This document shows, in pieces, positions 60,066 through 64,000 of a stretch of DNA of 64,000 bases. Source of the DNA: Collinsella sp. (GTDB taxonomy: Bacteria; Actinomycetota; Coriobacteriia; Coriobacteriales; Coriobacteriaceae); NCBI GenBank assembly GCA_048201895.1, contig DBFBGO010000036.1:31194-95193 (forward strand), written 5' to 3'. The notes under the pieces were generated by a model that worked only from the letters and a program-made list of their open reading frames with translations, was not told where the DNA came from and made no database searches. The first letter of the stretch is position 1. Every line of letters starts with the position of its first letter. The position numbers and the translations under genes were made by a program.

Positions 60066-60286
60066 GAAAGAGACTGACCCTTTGTCGCATTCCGTGCGGG
60101 TTATATGCAGGTATGCCTGCGCACGCTATCATGTATGGATTAGACCGCAACTATGTACCTCATACGCGAAGGGATGCGCATGTATCTGAAGATCGACATG
60201 TTCTAGCTGGGCTTACCCCCGCAGTGGCGCCGCGCGCCCCATCAACTCTGCCGATTTTCGCCTTCACGCATATAAAGGAGTCCGTC

Positions 60287-61354
60287 ATGCGCGACAAGCT
60301 CGAAAAGATCATCAAGGCCTACGAGGAGCTCGAGAAGAAGCTTTCCGACCCGGCCGTCGCCTCCGATATCAAGGAGTTCACGCGTCTCAACAAGGAGTAC
60401 GCGCACCAGTCCGACCTCATCGCCGCCTCGCGCGAGTACATCGGCGCGCTCGATGACATCGAGGCTGCCAAGGAAATGCTGCGCGATACCACCGATGCCG
60501 ATGAGAAGGAGATGCTCCAGATGGACATCTCCGAAAACGAGGCAAAGCTCCCCCAGCTCGAGGAAGACATCAAGTACATGCTCATCCCGAGCGACCCCAA
60601 CGACGACAAGAACACCATCGTCGAGATTCGCTCCGCCGCCGGTGGCGACGAGGCGGCCATCTTCGCCGGCGATCTGTACAAGATGTACCAGCGCTTTTGT
60701 GAGTCGCGCGGCTGGAAGACCACCGTGCTCGATTCCAGCCCCAGCGAGGCCGGCGGCTTTAAGTCCATTGAGTTCAAGGTCGAGGGCGACCGCGTCTACT
60801 CCGTTATGAAGTACGAGTCCGGCGTGCACCGTGTCCAGCGCGTCCCCAAGACCGAGTCCCAGGGTCGCATCCAGACTTCAACGGCTACCGTTGCCGTGCT
60901 TCCCGAGGCCGAGGAAATCGACGTCCAGATCAACCAGTCTGACCTGCGCATCGACACCTACTGCGCCTCCGGCCCTGGCGGTCAGTGCGTTAACACCACC
61001 TACTCCGCCGTGCGCATCACCCACCTGCCCACCAACACCGTGGTGCAGTCGCAGGAGCAGCGTTCCCAGATCCAGAACCGCGAGGTCTGCATGCAGATGC
61101 TGCGCGCCCGTCTGTACGAGATGGAACTCGAGAAGCAGCAGGCGGAGCTCGGTGCCGAGCGCCAGAGCCAGATCGGCCACGGTAACCGTTCCGAGAAGAT
61201 CCGCACCTACAACCAGCCCCAGGACCGCGTGACCGATCACCGCATCGGTTTCAACTCCACTTATAACGGCGTCCTTCTGGGCGACCAGCTCGGCACCGTG
61301 ATCGAGGCGCTCGCCGCCGCCGAGCGTGCCGAGAAGCTGGCACAGGCTGTGTAG
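60287..61354 (+). CDS. prfA: Peptide chain release factor 1
   Basis: ESGVHRVQRVPKT (PxT), GPGGQ, RSEKIRTYN; upstream of prmC. Confidence 0.96.
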   Translation: MRDKLEKIIKAYEELEKKLSDPAVASDIKEFTRLNKEYAHQSDLIAASREYIGALDDIEAAKEMLRDTTDADEKEMLQMDISENEAKLPQLEEDIKYMLIPSDPNDDKNTIVEIRSAAGGDEAAIFAGDLYKMYQRFCESRGWKTTVLDSSPSEAGGFKSIEFKVEGDRVYSVMKYESGVHRVQRVPKTESQGRIQTSTATVAVLPEAEEIDVQINQSDLRIDTYCASGPGGQCVNTTYSAVRITHLPTNTVVQSQEQRSQIQNREVCMQMLRARLYEMELEKQQAELGAERQSQIGHGNRSEKIRTYNQPQDRVTDHRIGFNSTYNGVLLGDQLGTVIEALAAAERAEKLAQAV

Positions 61355-61357
61355 TGG

Positions 61358-61529
61358 GTTACGCGGTTTTGCCAAACCGCGTAACGGCTCGACGCTGCGC
61401 GACGTCCAGAGCGACAATTTGTCATTCAATAGGCAAGGCATGACCAGAAGGTCTATGCCTTGCCTTTTTCATGCCAACTTGTTCGCTCTGGACGTCGCTC
61501 GCTGTCCGGCCTCTACCTACGGCGTTGCC
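61358..61529 (+). repeat. ~172-nt structured intergenic element, copy 3
   Basis: Aligns with copies 1 and 2; begins 3 nt after the prfA stop. Confidence 0.85.
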
Positions 61530-62049
61530 ATCGCTGCCGAAGACGGCAATTGGTTAGTTGGCACTTAGGGACGTTCCTTTTCTGCCGGCAGTTTGGGACA
61601 CTCCTGGCTTAGTGGTCATTGGGGACGTTCTTAAACGACTAGTCAAATAAGAACGTCCCCAATGACTAGGTTGGGCACATTGCTTTGTGAGTTTATTCAA
61701 TCTTCTTTAATAACAATTAAGTTGTTTACCTGCTTAAAGTTACTTATTATTTTTAAAAATAATGCTCGAAAAAGCGTCCGAGAAGTCGCGGGGCGATTTT
61801 TGATGGGTCGTGCGTCAAGCAATGTGGCAAGTTCTTGGTTAGATATTGGTCAGTTTTGGGGCAACCTTGCCAAAAGCTTGACGAATGCAAATCTAGACGT
61901 CGACGAATGAGCACTTCAGGTGGGCTCCAAGCAAAAATCTGGGCTGATTCTCGATAATCGCCTGCAATCGCCCCTTGCCAAGCGCTGGCCTCGCGTACAA
62001 TCTGCTCCGACATTCGCGCGCCGTCCGGCGCTTAAGAGGGGAGGGCCCC

Positions 62050-63309
62050 ATGGCAAACGAGATTTGGACCATCAAGCGTTGTCTCGAGTGGACCAAGGAG
62101 TACCTGGCCGAGCGCGGCGAGGAGCACCCCCGTCTTTCTGCCGAGTGGCTGCTGTGCGCCGCCACGGGCCTGGCGCGCATTGACCTATATATGCGTATGG
62201 ACGAGACGCTTAACGCGGCCCAGCTCGAGACCATGCATGCGGCCGTCGTTCGTCGTGCCAAAGGCGAGCCGCTACAGTACATCACCGGCAGCACGCAGTT
62301 TCGCATGATTGACGTCGCGTGCGCCCCCGGTGTGCTCATTCCGCGCCCCGAAACCGAGATGCTCGTCGAGGAAGTCCTCAATTATCTGGATGCCGAGGTA
62401 CTGAGCCCCGAGGCTGCTGCCCGTCAGCGTGTTGAGCTGCCTTGGAACGATGAGGTCGAGGAGGCACGCAAGGCCGAGGCCGCGCTGGCAGACGAACGGG
62501 CGACCGCCGAGCGCCGTGCCGCTAACCTGACGGCTGCCGATGAGGCGGCGCTGGGCGGCGACGTACTGGGCAGCCGTGCCTATGCCGAGGAACTGGCCGA
62601 CCGCGAGGCCGAGGAAGCCGCCGCGCGGGCAGCAGAAGCCGAAGCCGCGGAAGCCGCCGAGCCCGAGCTCGACGAATACGGCATCGCCATTGAGGGCAAC
62701 GACCAACAGACGACTCCCGTGCAAGATGCCGCCGAGGCCAACGTACCTGCCCCAGCCGAGCCCCGCATCGCCCGCGTTCTCGAGGTCGGCTGCGGCACGG
62801 GCTGCATCTCGCTCTCCCTTGCCTGGGAGCGCCGCGGCCACGTTATCTGCACCGCCACCGATATCGAGCCGCGCGCTATCGATCTGGCCACCAAAAACCG
62901 CGACGCGCTCGGTCTCACATCAGATGAGGTCGCCTTTAGCCTCACCAACCTGGTGAGCTCCATTCCCCGCGAAGAGTGGGGCACGTTCGACGTGCTTGTC
63001 TCCAATCCGCCCTACATTCCGACCGACGTCATGCGCTCACTGCCGCACGAGGTCAAGGACTTTGAGCCCGACCTGGCGCTCGAGGGCGGTGCCGACGGCC
63101 TCGATATCTTCCGCCGCCTGCTCAATGCGGCGCCTTACATGCTGCGCGCCGGCGGCCTGTTTGCCTGCGAGCTCTACGAGGGTGCCCTCGATGCCGCGGC
63201 CGAGCTCTGTCGCCAGGCAGGCCTTTCGGACGTGCGTATCGTCCACGACCTCACCGATCGTCCCCGCATCGTCCGAGCCATCGTCACCGAGCCCAAGCAG
63301 CGCCAGTAA
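62050..63309 (+). CDS. prmC: Release factor glutamine methyltransferase with a large acidic insertion
   Basis: GEPLQYITG, VLIPRPETE, EVGCGTGCI, SNPPYI, EPDLALEGGADG. Confidence 0.93.
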   Translation: MANEIWTIKRCLEWTKEYLAERGEEHPRLSAEWLLCAATGLARIDLYMRMDETLNAAQLETMHAAVVRRAKGEPLQYITGSTQFRMIDVACAPGVLIPRPETEMLVEEVLNYLDAEVLSPEAAARQRVELPWNDEVEEARKAEAALADERATAERRAANLTAADEAALGGDVLGSRAYAEELADREAEEAAARAAEAEAAEAAEPELDEYGIAIEGNDQQTTPVQDAAEANVPAPAEPRIARVLEVGCGTGCISLSLAWERRGHVICTATDIEPRAIDLATKNRDALGLTSDEVAFSLTNLVSSIPREEWGTFDVLVSNPPYIPTDVMRSLPHEVKDFEPDLALEGGADGLDIFRRLLNAAPYMLRAGGLFACELYEGALDAAAELCRQAGLSDVRIVHDLTDRPRIVRAIVTEPKQRQ

Positions 63310-63331
63310 TATTTATTAACTGTTTAACAAA

Positions 63332-63353
63332 AATTATAAAGTAGTTTATAATT
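63332..63353 (+). promoter_or_regulatory. Candidate hicAB operator overlapping the -10 box
   Basis: Palindrome aattataaa-gtag-tttataatt containing TATAAT. Confidence 0.5.
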
Positions 63354-63377
63354 AGGACGGCTGAAAGAGGTCGGCCC

Positions 63378-63563
63378 ATGCAACCTCCTACCTTTCGGGA
63401 AATCATTGCCCTACTCAAGCACGATGGATTCGTGAAGGTCGCGCAAGTCGGTAGTCATGCTAAGTATGTTTCTGGCGATCGTGTTGTCACCGTGAACGGC
63501 TCTGGTGGTGATCGACCAAAGAAGGGCACGTGGGCAAGTATTCGTCGCCAAGCTGGATGGTAG
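63378..63563 (+). CDS. hicA: HicA family toxin
   Basis: 61 aa, basic; LKHDGF..V.QVGSH, KKGTWASIRRQAG. Confidence 0.85.
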   Translation: MQPPTFREIIALLKHDGFVKVAQVGSHAKYVSGDRVVTVNGSGGDRPKKGTWASIRRQAGW

Positions 63564-63574
63564 TTGGAGGCAAA

Positions 63575-64000
63575 ATGAGACAGCGATTTACCTATGACTG
63601 CGTTCTCATAAAAGAAGACGACGGTTACTGCGCCAGCTTCCCGCAGATTCCCGGCGCCTTTGCCGATGGCGATACGCGCGAAGAAGCGATTGCCCATGCC
63701 ACCGAGGCGCTGATGGCGTTTTTGGCCGACGACCTCAACAACGGTTTGACTCCGGCAGGGTACGAACGCTCGGCCGAGGTCGTGGCCCTTTCAGTCGAAA
63801 TCGACCACGAGGACGCTCGGGAAGCGGCGTGCCGAACATTTAAAGATGCAGCGCTGGACCTCAAAGTCTCCGCTCCGCGGATTACCGCGCTGGTCAAAGC
63901 CGGAAAACTCGATGTTGAACTCGTCGGCGGCCGTCGGATGATAACGATAGACAGCATCGAGCGCTACGCCGCCCAAAAACGCCACGCCGGCAGGCCAAAG
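63575..64000 (+). CDS. hicB: HicB family antitoxin with excisionase-like HTH (3' partial; not in the ORF track)
   Basis: My translation: MRQRFTYDCVLIKEDDGYCASFPQIPGAFADGDTREEAIAHATEAL...FKDAALDLKVSAPRITALVKAGKL...AGRPK; GGAGG RBS. Confidence 0.85.
   Translation, partial: MRQRFTYDCVLIKEDDGYCASFPQIPGAFADGDTREEAIAHATEALMAFLADDLNNGLTPAGYERSAEVVALSVEIDHEDAREAACRTFKDAALDLKVSAPRITALVKAGKLDVELVGGRRMITIDSIERYAAQKRHAGRPK

Noticed and set aside
60287..61354. Programmed frameshift in the release factor
   Set aside because: The PxT motif identifies RF1, not RF2, and the frame is continuous

Overview
GC-rich chromosomal window. Gene content, synteny and protein style suggest a gut Coriobacteriia genome, most likely Collinsella (inference). 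It holds mostly housekeeping and transport genes: three heterodimeric ABC exporter pairs, cysE (frameshifted), dedA, ilvE, lemA, tRNA-Ser(TGA), a tadA-glycerate kinase fusion, SRP RNA, an LTA-synthase-family gene, kup with a kdpD/kdpE-like pair, rlmKL, a transaldolase, tex, a GGDEF protein, pdxK, a polar amino-acid ABC importer with an M20 hydrolase, prfA, prmC and hicAB. Accessory items are a ~2770-aa sortase-anchored adhesin, an AAA_14/DUF4143 ATPase, an acyltransferase-3 gene broken at a G7 tract, a frameshifted LAxTG surface protein and an IS30/IS1595 chimeric remnant. The strongest unexplained signal is intergenic. Several palindromic repeat families occur, including a ~172-nt multi-stem element in three copies with compensatory base changes, and a short REP-like palindrome whose two halves bracket the 9-kb adhesin/IS insert. 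I saw no CRISPR array, integrase or prophage. All family calls come from motif recognition by eye, not database searches.
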